DNA of 61,358 nt, counting the filler, from Chiloscyllium plagiosum (Eukaryota): assembly GCF_004010195.1 (NCBI RefSeq). It is 5 parts of one record of this genome, joined end to end, with 100 filler letters (N's around TTAATTAATTAA, not from the genome) between each part and the next. Parts side by side here need not be neighbours in the genome. Positions count along the whole stretch, not along the records: positions 1 to 23,652 come from NC_057717.1; positions 23,753 to 36,192 come from NC_057717.1; 3 more parts are not named here. One strand, written 5' to 3'. This document shows positions 12,373-24,868 of the stretch, one piece after another (position 1 is the stretch's first letter; every line of letters starts with the position of its first letter). Position numbers and translations under genes: made by a program. The notes under the pieces were generated by a model. That model made no database searches. It saw only the letters and a list, made by a program, of their open reading frames with translations, and was not told the DNA's origin.

Positions 12373-13676
12373 TTCCAAAATGAGATGATCAGGCACTTGA
12401 ACATGTATCTTCTGGATCTTCGCAAGTTAACCAGCCTTACCATATTTTTCTGCAGCAGAATGATTTTCTCGTTAGCTATCCGCATCAATGTGGCCGTAGT
12501 TCTTACTCTGAGGTGTGCATGTTTCTTCTTGCCCCCGTATCAATTTCTTAATTTCACCATGGAGTCGAAGGCAGTTTTAAATTTCAAGTAAATATCACTT
12601 CAATCTCCACAAGAACAGTTAGTTGAATATTAAAGTGTTGCTGTCGCATCCAATACTCGATTCCCTGTGCAGGATGGCAGTCGGGAAATGTTCCTTAACC
12701 AGGAGAGACAAAGACGAAAAGAACAGGGAGGTTATGTTGGACCTGCACAGGACAGTGTTTTGTTCACAGTTGGAATACTTTGTTTCGTTCTGGTCACAGC
12801 ACTGAGGGGGGCATTTGATGCACTTTCGGGGCTGCAAAGGAAATTCACATAACTGCTGCTTCGGATGGAGCAGTTTACCTAAGAATACAGAGGCTGAATA
12901 AGTTTGGGTTGTTTTCTTTAAAGCAGAGATTTGGATAGATAGTATCATGGGTGACATGGAGGATAGAAGCTCAAAAGCAGTTAGTACAATTTTAAGAAGA
13001 AAATTCGGAGAACTTTTGGTCACCTGGAGGATCGTAGGAATCTGCAGTGCCCTCCAAAGAAGTGTGGGAGAGGCAGAAAACCTCAAAAGATGTTTAAGAA
13101 AATACCTGGATGAGAAATGTCATAAAGTTCAAGTCTGTAGGCCAAGTGCTATAAAATGTGATTAGTACAGATTCAGTGCACTTTTCGCGCCAGAAACCCA
13201 ATTCCTCTGTATTGTTTCTTTTTATCGTTAAATTATTGTAAACTTGTGACGCTGACGTGATTTTCTGTTTGTTTTTTTTGGGTAAGTATTAATTAGTGTA
13301 AGTTCCAGCTGTTGCTGAGGTCAGTCTTAGCTTCTGTTAGAGTGTTCGTTCACAGATAGCCTTTCCCCAATTAGTTTATAGACTTTGTATAGACCAGGCC
13401 CCTCAAAGCATTTCAAGGTGGTAGACCAGATCCTTATTTTCTATGTTTTTTTTTTAGCAGATGTAATGTAGATATTCTAAGGTAGAAGCAGTTGATCAAA
13501 TCGCTCAGTTTGAAACAAATCAGAATCTCTTGACAGACCACCGAATGAATCACAAACTAAAGAGAATATCATGTACAATAAATTAACATATTTTAAAAGC
13601 TAACAGACTCTATTACAACTTAATGATGCTATCCCAATTTCACGCAGTCGTCTTGGAAAAAGCGTAAAATGAAACA

Positions 13677-13975
13677 CGCATAGGCGCCACGGTGGCACAA
13701 TGGTTAGCACTGCTGGCTCGCAGCGCCAGAGACCCGGGTTCAATTCCTGCCTCAGGTGACTGACTATGTGGAGTTTGCACATTCTCCCCGTGTCTGCGCG
13801 GATTTCCTCGAGGTGCTCCGGTTTCCTCCCACAGTCCAAAAATGTGCAGGTTAGGTGATTTGGCCATGCTAAATTGCTCGTACTGTTAGGTGAAGGTGTA
13901 AACGTAGGGGAATGGGTTTGTGTGGACTTGTTGGGCCGAAGGGCCTGTTTCCACACTCTAAGTAATCTAATCTAA
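13677..13975 (+). mobile_element. Full-length HE1-like SINE with 5-bp TSD, specific to the right arm
   Basis: A box ggtggcacaatggttagc, B box ggttcaattcc, CR1-like 3' end ttgggccgaagggcctgtttcc, tail taatctaatctaa. AAACA at 13672-13676 and 13976-13980. The empty site is present in the left arm (~820-830). Confidence 0.93.
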
Positions 13976-14693
13976 AAACAGATTCTCACAGGAAAGATGT
14001 CAGCGAGATAGTGTCGGACAAAAAAAAGCACGATTGAATCCTGCCCTTTCACCCCAGCGGATTTTCATTGTCCAGCAGTTTAAAAAAACAAACTAGAATA
14101 ACAAAGAAATCTGGGAGATCTGGCCACTACCATTTCGTATTACAACTGCTTAAACAAAAACACGAAAGACCTCCTCTGGTTGTTGACTTAACATGTACAT
14201 GTTAACCATTATTAAAGTAGCGAGTTCAAACAATCTTGCACCTCTGCCATTATTAATCCTTTTGAAAAATAACAAGGACAAAATAGCTTTGTCAAAGTGC
14301 CAGCGCCATCACATACTGAATTAACAAGGGAATTATTGCCTGACAGTGTGCAGCAAAAAAATGCTCTCTCAATGTGCCCTACATATATTATAATTAGACA
14401 CTGAATAGTCTCAGCAATTTTAAAATCATCTCTGAAACGATTATTAAAAGTATTTGGATATTGCTGGGAATGAAAACGCATGAAAATAGTGCAATATTGC
14501 TGCTTGAAGACAATTGCAATGAACATTTCATGGTCATGACCACGTTAATCCGTTCCTTGGGGTTTTAAATACGAACGTAAATCTAAATTTATCACACTGC
14601 ATCATTAGGTTAAATCTGTCGTAATGTGTTTGTTCAAAATAATTCGAAAAAAATGCAGATCTAATTACAGCTTCCCATTGACATAGCACACAA

Positions 14694-14700
14694 TATAAAA
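14694..14700 (+). promoter_or_regulatory. Candidate TATA box of the GPR139-like gene
   Basis: TATAAAA ~92 nt upstream of ATG 14792, retained in both duplicated arms. Position-based inference only. Confidence 0.4.
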
Positions 14701-14791
14701 TAAGTGTCTGAATTGTCACATCACCAATTCCGAGAAAATACTAAGACATTACCTACAGGAGGAGGGGAGAGATTGTTTTACAAGCAACACA

Positions 14792-14858
14792 ATGCATCTT
14801 CCAAGGCAAATGGTGGCAAAAGTATTCTACACTATTCTTGCTACTGTTGGTGTTCCTG
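14792..14858 (+). CDS. GPR139-like class A GPCR, coding exon 1 (MHLPRQMVAKVFYTILATVGVP + 1 nt)
   Basis: ATG in acaATG context, encodes a hydrophobic TM1 start, followed by donor CTG|GTAGGT in phase 1. Joins in frame to the acceptor at 17461 to give ...VGVPVNLVAIVFL. Confidence 0.88.
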
Positions 14859-15639
14859 GTAGGTCTTGTAACAATCTCTGTTGTATAAGTCAGGGCATTG
14901 AATCGTACTCACTTCCACGCTTGGATTGATGTTTAGTTTATTTTTTCTTTTCGTAAATTAAATTGCAATGGTAAACGATAGTGTCCTCCCTTACTCAGAC
15001 TTAAGTGAAATGTTTGTCTTTCAGAAGACTCCTCAGTAATGAGCAGCTTGGCCTCTTTCTTTATACTGTATAGAAAGCGTTTGCCGGAGGCCACAGTGCT
15101 GGCGTTTCGCTGAGCACCAATTCTGGTTTTTCAAGAAACTGTTGAGCAAGATTGGGCTCTCACTGGTTTTTCCAAGCTTACTATCGGTAAATGGGTTTTA
15201 TGACAACCACTTCTTGCTGACATTTAATATTTCCAATTTCTTGATCTAAAAGACACTGCTGGCGTTCAGGCGGCTGGCTCCACGTGGAGACCAGGTACAA
15301 CATGAGCAATAACTGAGTTGAGCAGGTCATTGTGAAGTGAAAAGCGAAATTCAACGTGGATGGGTTTGATTACCTGGTGGCTGAGACAATGGATGCTTGG
15401 GGGCACGATATTTGTATGGATAGATAGCTGGGAGTAGTGTTGAGCATTGTGTTCCGATTATAATATGCTTTGCTGAAATTATTTGATCTAAAGTTTTCAT
15501 GTCATCTGTCACATTACAACACTGCTACATGCTACACTGTTGTGAATTTTAATAGGAGAAGTGTTGAGAGTGGCGTGGCGGCAGTGCCCCAGATTGGTTC
15601 AAACAACTTTGATGAAAAGAACGTTTCTCATCTCCTTAA

Positions 15640-15890
15640 TTAGCATGTGTCTTTGGTTAGTACTGCTTCCACACAGTGTCAAAGGCACAGGTGCGATTGC
15701 TGCCATGGAACATTACATGGAGTTGGCCATAAAAGATGTGCAGATTCGATGGATTGACCATGGTAAATGTGTGCCTAAAGTAGATAGTGTGCGCGAGTGT
15801 GTGTCGGTGTGTTTCTCTTTGGAACGTCGGTATGGGCTCGATGGATGAAATGGCCTCGATTTGCACTGTCAGGGTTCTATCATTCTATTA
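15640..15890 (+). mobile_element. Old SINE remnant in the intron
   Basis: ggttagtactgctt.cacacagtgtca head; aaagatgtgcag...ggattgaccatggtaaat body; CR1-like 3' end. Confidence 0.55.
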
Positions 15891-17460
15891 GTTTAAATAT
15901 ATTATTGTTATCAATCTTATGACGATGGTGCTGCTGATGACGTACTGACATTTTGGAGCTGAAGGCTCTGGATATATTTTTAAACAGATTTACAGTGAGA
16001 CCAGCCGTTCAGAGAACGGTTTGCAGTACTCGTCAATGTTGCGATATCGCTGTTATCCCACCTGGGCCACCGCGATCAGAAAGGCAAAGAATCTGCGATA
16101 GAATGGCTTTTTTCACCGACCAAAGGAGGCTTGGGTTAGGAGAACTGCTACACTGTTTCAGACATTTGATTGGGTTCGTTCTCCTCCAAGCTGACAAGTT
16201 AGCATAATACAGATTCGGTCATAATGAGAGAAAGTCACCCGTGCTGATATGACCTGCTTTGTGGCTTTGAGGGACTCAGTGACTTTGAGATTTTCTGTGG
16301 TCTGCAACTGATTCATAATACTTCAGCCGAGATCTCCTAAGAAAGAAAATGAGTCATCCATCGATCTTCAGGTGGCAAGATGTTCTTTGCCTTTTGGCTG
16401 AGAGATGTCACTTCGACGGTTGCCACAACTGTTGCATGGGGCTCAATGTGTCACTGGTCAATGTTAATGAAACTGTTTCTTAGAAATTCTGCTGCATCTT
16501 CCTTACAATTTTGAGGATTGGAAAGTGGATGTGTATGGGAAGGACATCTCGACCGTATTATTTGTATATGAAGTCAATAATGACCAGAACCTTTGCTGGT
16601 TGAGGATGACCGTTCAGGGAACCTAACCGCACAGGTCAGTTGAGGGCGATCGACTTTTTCTAGTTGGATGATTTAACTTCATGATTTTCAGACGGCTGTA
16701 TCAATTTGAGGTTGTTTGTTGACGATTGTATTAAGGTGAGTAGCGAGGGATAAAACATACTCTAAGGGATTAGACTGAGGAACTGTTGAAAACATTTGCT
16801 ATTGTCTGCTAGCATGTGCAAGTTTTTAAATGTTTGCCGTGACGATAAGTCTCAGATGAACATTATCAAAATAGACTTCCTTTCTATGTTGCATTAGTCG
16901 TACCATGTAGCCATATCTGGCTTGGTTGTCTTTTATGTGGCAGGATTTAAGCAGTGAATCACAATCATTGACGAAATAACGTCCTATTTCTTCAATGCCA
17001 AAATGATACAAATTTTTGATGGAGTGTTGGGTAGCAAGATATCAAAGGAAATTCATTTGGGAGAAAATAAGCTTAGGAAGATTCAGAGTATACGCAGTAT
17101 CGTCATGAAGCATTCAATTCTATGTTTTAACAATTACATGAGCATTTGTGCATTTGTGGATGTTGTGAATTGAAGGAGAATTCAAACCTTTCAGTGCAAC
17201 CCATAAAGCAGAGAAAATCAACTGCTGCTTATCCCAGTAAAATATTTCTTGATTATGCTAATCATTTTCTACCCTATTCCTTTTTGAAGTGTGCAATTGA
17301 ATATTTCACAATTTGATCCTGTGTTTCAGATTTTTAAATTTGATATGACACTGAACAACAAAAATGTTTATGCTGATGCCGATCACTTAGAGTCTGGGTC
17401 AGGCACAGAAAATATGTTATCGGTAACTTAATGTCCACTTTCCTTTTCTGTCTCTTACAG

Positions 17461-18347
17461 TTAATCTAGTGGCGATTGTATTCTTATCTGGGGGCAAGTG
17501 TGGACTTTCTACCTGCACCATTCGCTATCTGGTGGCCATGGCAGCATCAGATTTCCTGTTCATTGTATTTAACGTTATCCTTATTCGGTTCAATTACTAC
17601 TATTATCCACGGTGTTTCCTGGACATCACTCCTGTTTGTAGTATTATTTATGCCCTGAACCGCTTATCCATTGATTGTTCTGTCTGGTTCACTGTCGCTT
17701 TTTCTTTTGATCGTTTTGTGGCCATTTGTATTCATCACATGAAAACTAATTATTGCACTGCGAAAACAGCGATTAGAGTTACAGCGACAATATGCATTTT
17801 CTTTTTTTTAAAGAACATTCCTATTTATTTTCGATTTGAACCTAAAAGGTATTACAACAATGTTCCATGGTACTGTTCTACGAGGGACCGTTATTATGAT
17901 GAACCTCAATGGACGAGTTTCCGATATTTTGAAAAATTCTTAACACCAATTTTACCATTCGCTTTTCTTCTCTTGCTCAACGTTCTTACAGTGCGACACA
18001 TCTTCCATACCATTAAGGTGCGAAAGGGACTCAGGGATCAGAGGAAAATAGAGAATGATCCAGAAATAGAGAGCAGAAAGAACTCTGTCATTTTACTGTT
18101 TTCCATATCAGGCTGCTTCCTACTTCTCTGGCTGATGTATATTTTATATTTCTTTCATGTCACTTATCATTTGGATGACTACGCTTTTGAACTCTTTGAA
18201 CAAGTCGCATATATGCTGCGAAACTTAGGTTGTTGCACAAATGCATTTATTTATGTGGTGACACAAAAGAATTTCAGAGACCAGCTTAAGTATGCTGCGA
18301 AATATCCAATTGTAAAAGTAATTAAGTTGATTTTTAAATCTAAGTGA
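17461..18347 (+). CDS. GPR139-like class A GPCR, coding exon 2 (spliced protein 317 aa, intact)
   Basis: Polypyrimidine acceptor ccttttctgtctcttacag|. Open frame with 7TM pattern: YLVAMAASD (TM2), CSVWFTVAFSFDRFVAIC (TM3), PILPF (TM5), FLLLW (TM6), CCTNAFIY (TM7). 67+887=954 nt. Family assignment is from motif recognition; orthology to GPR139 itself is not established, so no symbol is given. Confidence 0.93.
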
Positions 18348-19406
18348 TGGAGACTCAACATTAAATGCTTACAATGGAACAAGTTCTCCGGATGAGGAAT
18401 TGCAAGAAAGGAAGAGGAGGACGAGTGATGTAAATTCCTTTTAAATTGGGTGAGGAATGAAACTGAGGAGAATGACATTGGAGGATACAGTATGTTGAAG
18501 TGCTGCTCCCAATGAATAATAGTCAGGAGAGAGTTAAACAGCAGCAACAAATATAATGGAGTGTGCAATCAAATATTCGAAAAATGAAAATAATTCATCC
18601 CATTCAATCGGCATTCAGAGAATGAACCAGACAAAGAAAAAAAAAGAAAAGTGACCCACAACATGGTATCATCGTTCATTTGGGACGAACGTTGATCAGG
18701 CAAAGGCAGACTCATCCTCGCTTAATTGTCTGATGCAAACATCTGTGTAAATGTAATTAGAACACAGTCGGCAAAAGTGTTATTTAAATAGGTAAATAAT
18801 CTATTTCATACTTTGGCAAACATCCTATAGATTATAAATACATTTTCAGAAATAATTAGTTTGTTTGTTTCCATTTCATTGCCACTAATCTGATATTACT
18901 TATCTTTATTTGTTTCTTTCCACGAATCTGGTGATGGGTTGTTGGGGGGAGTTCAAGCCCAATCAGATGGTGTGTTGGCTACTAGAGTCCAAACATTCAG
19001 ATTGAGGCTGAAAGTAACAGATAAGCTAGCGTGAATATCTCAACTGTATTATTTTGTGATTCTGACTCGATTCATTGAGCCGAGTGGGAAATGACTCAGG
19101 ATGAATTCCAAAAGACATTCACACAATCACGAGACTTATTGTCTGAGTTGTCCATTCGCTCCTAAATTCGCTTTTGACTCAGCTCATAGTGGTGAATCAG
19201 TCATTCATTCTAGCTGCTGGAAATCCGATGTCTGAATCACAACACACTTCCTGCGCAGCTCATTGGTACAGGAAAGAAGAACTATCTCTGTCTTTTGGTC
19301 ATCCTCGTGGATAATTTTCTACAGCTGTTCTCTGACATCGTTGATCACGTATGACAATGCTGATCCTTCAACAAAGTGTCATTGTCCTTGATTCTTTTCC
19401 AGGAGA

Positions 19407-19962
19407 TGTTGTAAAGGAAAAAGGGTCTGAAAATGTATGGCTTTAGGGTTCACCTGATACTGATTATTTAATTTTTAAATAATCTTTGTACAATGAAAGG
19501 AGAATGGCTAGTTCTCCCGGTCGGGTATTTTCTAGTTTTTTTTTTGGTTTAGCTGGAGCTCGAGTGAAGCTGCTGAAGTAGGAAAGAGTTCCCACGCTTC
19601 AGTAAATAAAAACTGGGTGATCCTCCCTCTCACTGACATCTCTCCAGTAAGAACCTGTGTTTGAATGCACTTTTCATTTTACACCAAGAGATATATTTAT
19701 GGGGATGTTGTAGGAAATTCGAACAGCTTTAAATTGCGGGGAATCTAATGACTATTGGGTTATCGAATAGTTGTTATTCGATATCTGTTCTACTTTGTTT
19801 GTGTTTCCTTCGGTGGTGTGTAAATAAATTCTGATTTATCGGAAGACGAGTGGTTTAACCAGATGCATCACTCCTGCGATATCCACCATACATGTACCTG
19901 AATCAAATGGAAATGTTCGGGTCTGGGCTGCCTTCTTATGGGTGTCTAGCCTGGTCCAAACC
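19407..19962 (+). mobile_element. Solo LTR-like repeat related to the 8560-9185 LTR
   Basis: Starts TGTTG; shares gaacctgtgtttg, tttatgg.g..gttgt..ggaa, gatatccac and cctggtcca motifs with the reverse complement of 8560-8960. Confidence 0.55.
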
Positions 19963-21369
19963 ACCAGGCAGCAGGGATATTGACATGGCATTCTAAAGAT
20001 GTTTCTTTACTGGAAATGGCAAATATGTTACCCATCTGAACCATCCCCCCTCAGTTCAGGGTGTTCACCATTCTTCCGAGCTTAGAAAGTAAAGCTAAAT
20101 GACGTGCGGATGTTAGTAATCAAAAACGAAAGAAAAGCCGAAATGACTGATCCAATGACGCACATCTTAGTTCTGAAGTAGGGTAACTTGACATACACCA
20201 TTAACTCTACTTTTCTTCTGCAGATGCTGCCAGGCCTGCTGAGCTTTCCAGAAATATTTGTTTTTTGCTTCTTCCAGCCTTCCTATTCAGCGGTGAAACA
20301 TATGGATCAGTCTTCATTCCTCTGATAAGTCATCAACGTCTCAAGTTTTCAAAAAAAGATACGAATCCGTGACCTAGATAATCTCAAGGGACTCCTGAAC
20401 AACTTGGACATTCGGTATTTACCAGCCAATTCATGACTATGGTGTCGCAATTCCCAAAATGTGAGTTGCGGTCATCCTCAGCCTCATGGATGGCATACAG
20501 TTATTCCAGATCTGGAATCTGGAGCCTCAGTGATTGCAGACTATGAAATTTCCTAGTCACAGACATGTTTGCTGCAACACATTGCCCAGTGCCCATTCAA
20601 GTAGCTCACTTTGCACAAGCTGACGTTTTTAGCAGCCAAGTTGACAAATGGTAAGTAGTAAATGCAAAAGCATGTTTTTACAGGCTGGACAGATTTCATT
20701 GGGAAGAATCTGGCCAGAAACATCTTTGGAATCATTCACTGTAGCAGGTTATCTGCTGAAAACAGTTTTCTGTCTAACAGCTAAAATTAAATCATACTGG
20801 AAAATAATATCTGAGCTGGGCGAACAGGCCATTACCATATCATAATTGTAAGTAGCCCTTCCAGACATATCGACATTTCTGCCTTGATAACAACTTTTGA
20901 AAGAAACCCAAGGATAACATAACCTGATTAAAGGTACAGAACCGTCACAATTAACATCATACAACAGTAATAAACCATTTCTTGGACTCACTTTAATAAA
21001 GATCAGAGGGAATTTCTCGCTGGTATTGTCACATATGGTTATCCCGAGTTAAAAACATTTGAAAAGCATCGTAGTCTACCCTATTGTACTGAGTTGGGAT
21101 TCACCTATTTCCATATTTGCACTGACGGCTTCTCTGTTCCAAAAAAAAATGATGATATCGTGAATAAGAGTGACTTAGCAGAGCAGTTAAATTCTATGCA
21201 GAATTTTACTTCATGTCCACGTTATAAACACAATATGGCTGCTCCCAAAGAGATACACAAATATTAGCTACAAGCGCTCATTGTCAAACATTCAAAAACA
21301 TTAACGGCACCACAAGTGAGAAAAGTTATCGTACCCGCAGCCCATATTTTCTAACAGTGAAGATGGAAA

Positions 21370-21606
21370 GATGCCGGTGTTGGATTGGGGTGAATAGGGT
21401 CAGAAGTTTCACGACACCGTACTGCTCTTCAGCAGGTTCATTTGAAATCACAGCTTTCGAAATGCTGCTCCTTCCTTCTAGTGAAGTCTCCTGAACTTGG
21501 CAAAGGAATAGCGCATCGAAAACGTGTGGTTTCAAATAAAGCTGTTGGAGTGAAACTTGGTGTTGTGAAACATCTGGCCTTTTTTGTAAATCTCCAACTT
21601 ACATCT
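21370..21606. repeat. Imperfect ~240-bp palindrome, probably an inverted pair of Penelope-type terminal repeats
   Basis: gtttcacgacacc...cagcaggttcatttgaaatcaca...ctcctt mirrors aaggaat...tgtggtttcaaataaagctgttgg...ggtgttgtgaaac. Confidence 0.6.
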
Positions 21607-22124
21607 CTAAGCCCGACTTTAACATTCAAGTGAACACAAGCTTGTTCTTAATAATGTTGTAAATGTTTCCAAGAAGGTTACATATTTGAATCTCTCAGTC
21701 ATTTTTTTCATCATTCTTCATTGATCAATATTCTTAATATTGTGACGACACTACTTGCAATAGTGTGAGGACACTGTGCCCTTAAGAGGCGCACTGACTT
21801 GTTTCTCTGGCAAAAGAGTCTTGTCACATTCGTGACGAATGGTCTCCTCTGACAGGCACTTAATAAACAGCTGGGACTTTTCCATGGTTGGTTTTGTTTT
21901 CCGAGGAAGGCAAAACAATCATGAGTGAGCACCATTACGCTGACACAGAATCAATATACTTGATTTCACATAGTTGATGTTGTTTGCTGGCTCCTGAAAC
22001 TGAATGGCTGCGTCCTCTGTTGCTAGGGTGACGGCTCAGGCAGTGAGACGTCCTCTTAGAGATCAGAAGGCAGAGAATGTTTCTTTCGTTATTTCTTTCT
22101 GCTGGACAAGACAGAATTATAATC

Positions 22125-22445
22125 AGAATCCTCACAGTGTGGAAACAGGCCCTTCATCCCAAAAAGTCCACAGCGACAGACCAAAGTATAACCTATGCGG
22201 ATCCATGCCCTATATTTGCTCATTATCCAGAACTTACATGTATTCGACACATATAGTAAATTTAGGATAGCCAATTCACTTACCCTGTGCATTTTTGTGT
22301 TGTGGGAGGAAGCCAGCGCACATGGACAAAAGGCACGCAGAGAGAACGTTCAAACTCCTCGCCTGCAGCTTCCCGGGGGTGGAATTGAATTTGTGACCCG
22401 AGCACTTAGCGAAGTAGCAGAGATAACCACTGAGCCAGCGTAGCA
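22125..22445 (-). mobile_element. HE1-like SINE, decayed
   Basis: cagtgtggaaacaggccctt (3' end), caaactcc core, ggaattgaa (B box) and taaccactgagcca (A box) in reverse orientation. Confidence 0.75.
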
Positions 22446-22782
22446 CTATAGCTACTATGCTGAACTATAATTGTGTTACCGAATTTCCATTGCAAGATCC
22501 GTGTTTATGTGATGATACCTGCATTGACAATATTGATAATTAGGGTTTAAATAAGGCGTTGACTTGTTAATGCCGTCAATATAATAAGATATTATTTTTG
22601 TTGCATACTTGTTGTAAGGATGAATTATGTTTTCCAGAAAGCATCACTGTGGACGAATTAAATCATATCTGAAACTCAGTGTCTTATACTTGCCTTTGAT
22701 CTATGCCATCCACATAACATACTTTGGGGTAAGAGTTGGTTCGGAGGTGGCTGGGGTCTGGTCTGCTGTCGTCCAAAATAAC

Positions 22783-23227
22783 GGATAGGGAGAGGCTGAA
22801 GAGACTGGGGTTGTTTTACTTGGAGCGTCGGAGGCTGAGAGGTGATCTTATTGAGGTTTACAAATCATGAGTGGCATGGATAGGGTAAATAGACAAGTCT
22901 TTTCCTGGGGTCCGGAAATCCAGAACTAGAGGGCATAGGTTTAGGGTGAGAGGGGAAAGATATAAAAGAGACCGAACGGGCAACTCTTTCACGCAGAGGG
23001 TGATACGTGTATGGAATGAGCTGCCAGAGGAAGTCGTGGAGGTTGGTATGATTGCAACATTTAAGAGGCATTTGGATGTGTATATGAATAGGAAGGGTTT
23101 GGAGGGATATGGTCTGGGTTCTGGCAGGTGGGAATAGATTGGGTTGGGATATCTGGTCGGCATGGACGGGTTGCACCGAAGGGTCTTTTTCCATGCTGAA
23201 CATCTCTATGACTCTATGACTCTATGT
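22783..23227 (+). mobile_element. CR1 LINE 3' fragment
   Basis: FTQRVIRVWNELPEEVVE; tail (ctctatga)3. Confidence 0.92.
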
Positions 23228-23652
23228 GCCTTGAGACTAAGTCCTTCAGGCTTACTCCCGTGACAGGAACCCACTTACGTAACCATTAGGTTTTGAGTCA
23301 TCTCTCTCTATTGGAGGTATTTTAAAAATAGTAAGCAGAATTCTTGCTTCAATAACCGACTCTCAGTTTTTCAAGTTAAAACTAGAAATAATTTGGCCAC
23401 TAAACGAGAGAGCTTCTTAATCACCGCCAATCTCTCTGGCTATACCTTCGTCCAAAACCTTTCAGATTTCAAAATAAAATGCTTTGCATTACAAGCATCA
23501 TTCCTTATTCCCTCTTTATTATTCAACGCATATGGACTTCATCTAAATTGTTTAATCTGTCAAAGGATTCATGTCGTAATACATAAAACTCACCGTAGTT
23601 TCCCGAGACAGTGAAATAATCCGAGATGTGCGGTGGAGTTGAGGGGAGCAGG

Positions 23653-23752
23653 NNNNNNNNNNNNNNNNNNNNNNNNNNNNNNNNNNNNNNNNNNNNTTAA
23701 TTAATTAANNNNNNNNNNNNNNNNNNNNNNNNNNNNNNNNNNNNNNNNNNNN
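23653..23752. other. 100-bp scaffolding spacer (44 N + TTAATTAATTAA + 44 N); also at 36193-36292, 50362-50461, 54967-55066
   Basis: Identical structure four times, so it is an artificial linker. Confidence 0.97.
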
Positions 23753-24868
23753 AAGTTAGAGAAGTTTGTAGAAGCTGTAAGAGTTTAAAAAGATTGGGTG
23801 GACGAGATGAGCTTGAGGAGTTTATAGTGATAGCGAAGTATGTAAATGATGGAGTGGGTTCCAGAGATATGGGGGAATCCACATTGATAGGAAGGGGTGA
23901 AGATGCTGGAGATTGGTAGTTTGGAGTGGTGGAAGATGCAACGATTGGAGAGGTTCCAGTGATCAGGAGGAGTGTTGGGGTTAGAGAATATTACAGAAAT
24001 AGGAAGATATATACTGGTCAAAGGAGGTTATCGAAGTCGGGAGATTTGTTGCGGCCGAAGCTCCAGGGTTAGCTCGGGTTTAGGGATCTGGAGGACTTTA
24101 TACAGATAGGGAGATGTGGAGTACCTAGAGGAGGTTACAGTGATTCGGAGGTGCGTCGGTAGAAGGTTTCACATATCGGCAGGAGTGTATGGATGAAGTT
24201 GGTTGCAGAGATAGGGAATGAACTAGGGACTGGAGGATGTCAAAGACATGAGGGGGTGTCGGTATCGAGAATGTTTCAGAGAGATCGAACGATGCAGGCC
24301 TGGAGGACATTGTAGATATCAGGAGGGATGGGTAAGCTGGTGGAGTTTTTAGGGAAAGGGAGGTGTGCAGGTGCTGGAGATGTTTGCAGAAATGAGGCGA
24401 GTGTTGGTACCTGACGAGGTTACAAACATAATTTTAGTTTAGTTGCTCAAGAAGCGAAACGTGATCACGACTGTTATTGGTGCTGCAAGGGTTAGGAAGT
24501 TAGATTTGGAAAATGAGTCAGCAGATCGTTATACAGATGCAAAATGATGTAAATGCCGGAGGAACTGACTGGGGTATGATGATGAGATGTGTTGTGCAGG
24601 TTATGACAGTTATAGGGAGGAGGATAGGTGCTGGAGCAGAATGCAGAAATAGGAAGGGATACACGGACTGGAGAAAACTGCACTTAGATTGAGGGATATA
24701 GATGGTGGAGGAGGTGACAGAGAGAAGAAGGATAATAGAGCTAGTGGAGGGTACAGATATAGGGAGGATGGTAGAGTTGTAGGGGATTAAATCAACAACG
24801 AGGGCTGAATGAAGCGTGGCGTTTACAGAAAAAGAAGGATTGTTGGATTTGGAAAACGTTTTGGAGGT
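23753..24868 (+). repeat. Purine (G/A)-rich low-complexity tract
   Basis: Strong G+A skew with recurring ggag/gagg/gatg words and no credible ORF; abuts a contig break. Confidence 0.55.

Larger units (their letters stand above)
9411..14793 (+). repeat. Right arm of the inverted duplication; upstream region of the GPCR gene
   Basis: Reverse complement of 1-5048 apart from scattered substitutions, small indels and an extra SINE at 13677-13975. Confidence 0.95.

Noticed and set aside
13683..13750. tRNA gene (A and B boxes)
   Set aside because: Continues into the SINE body and CR1-like tail with a TSD; it is a tRNA-derived SINE head.
17469..17471. ORF-track start (GTG) for the GPCR
   Set aside because: It lies 8 nt inside a spliced exon and would truncate TM1; the likely start is ATG 14792.
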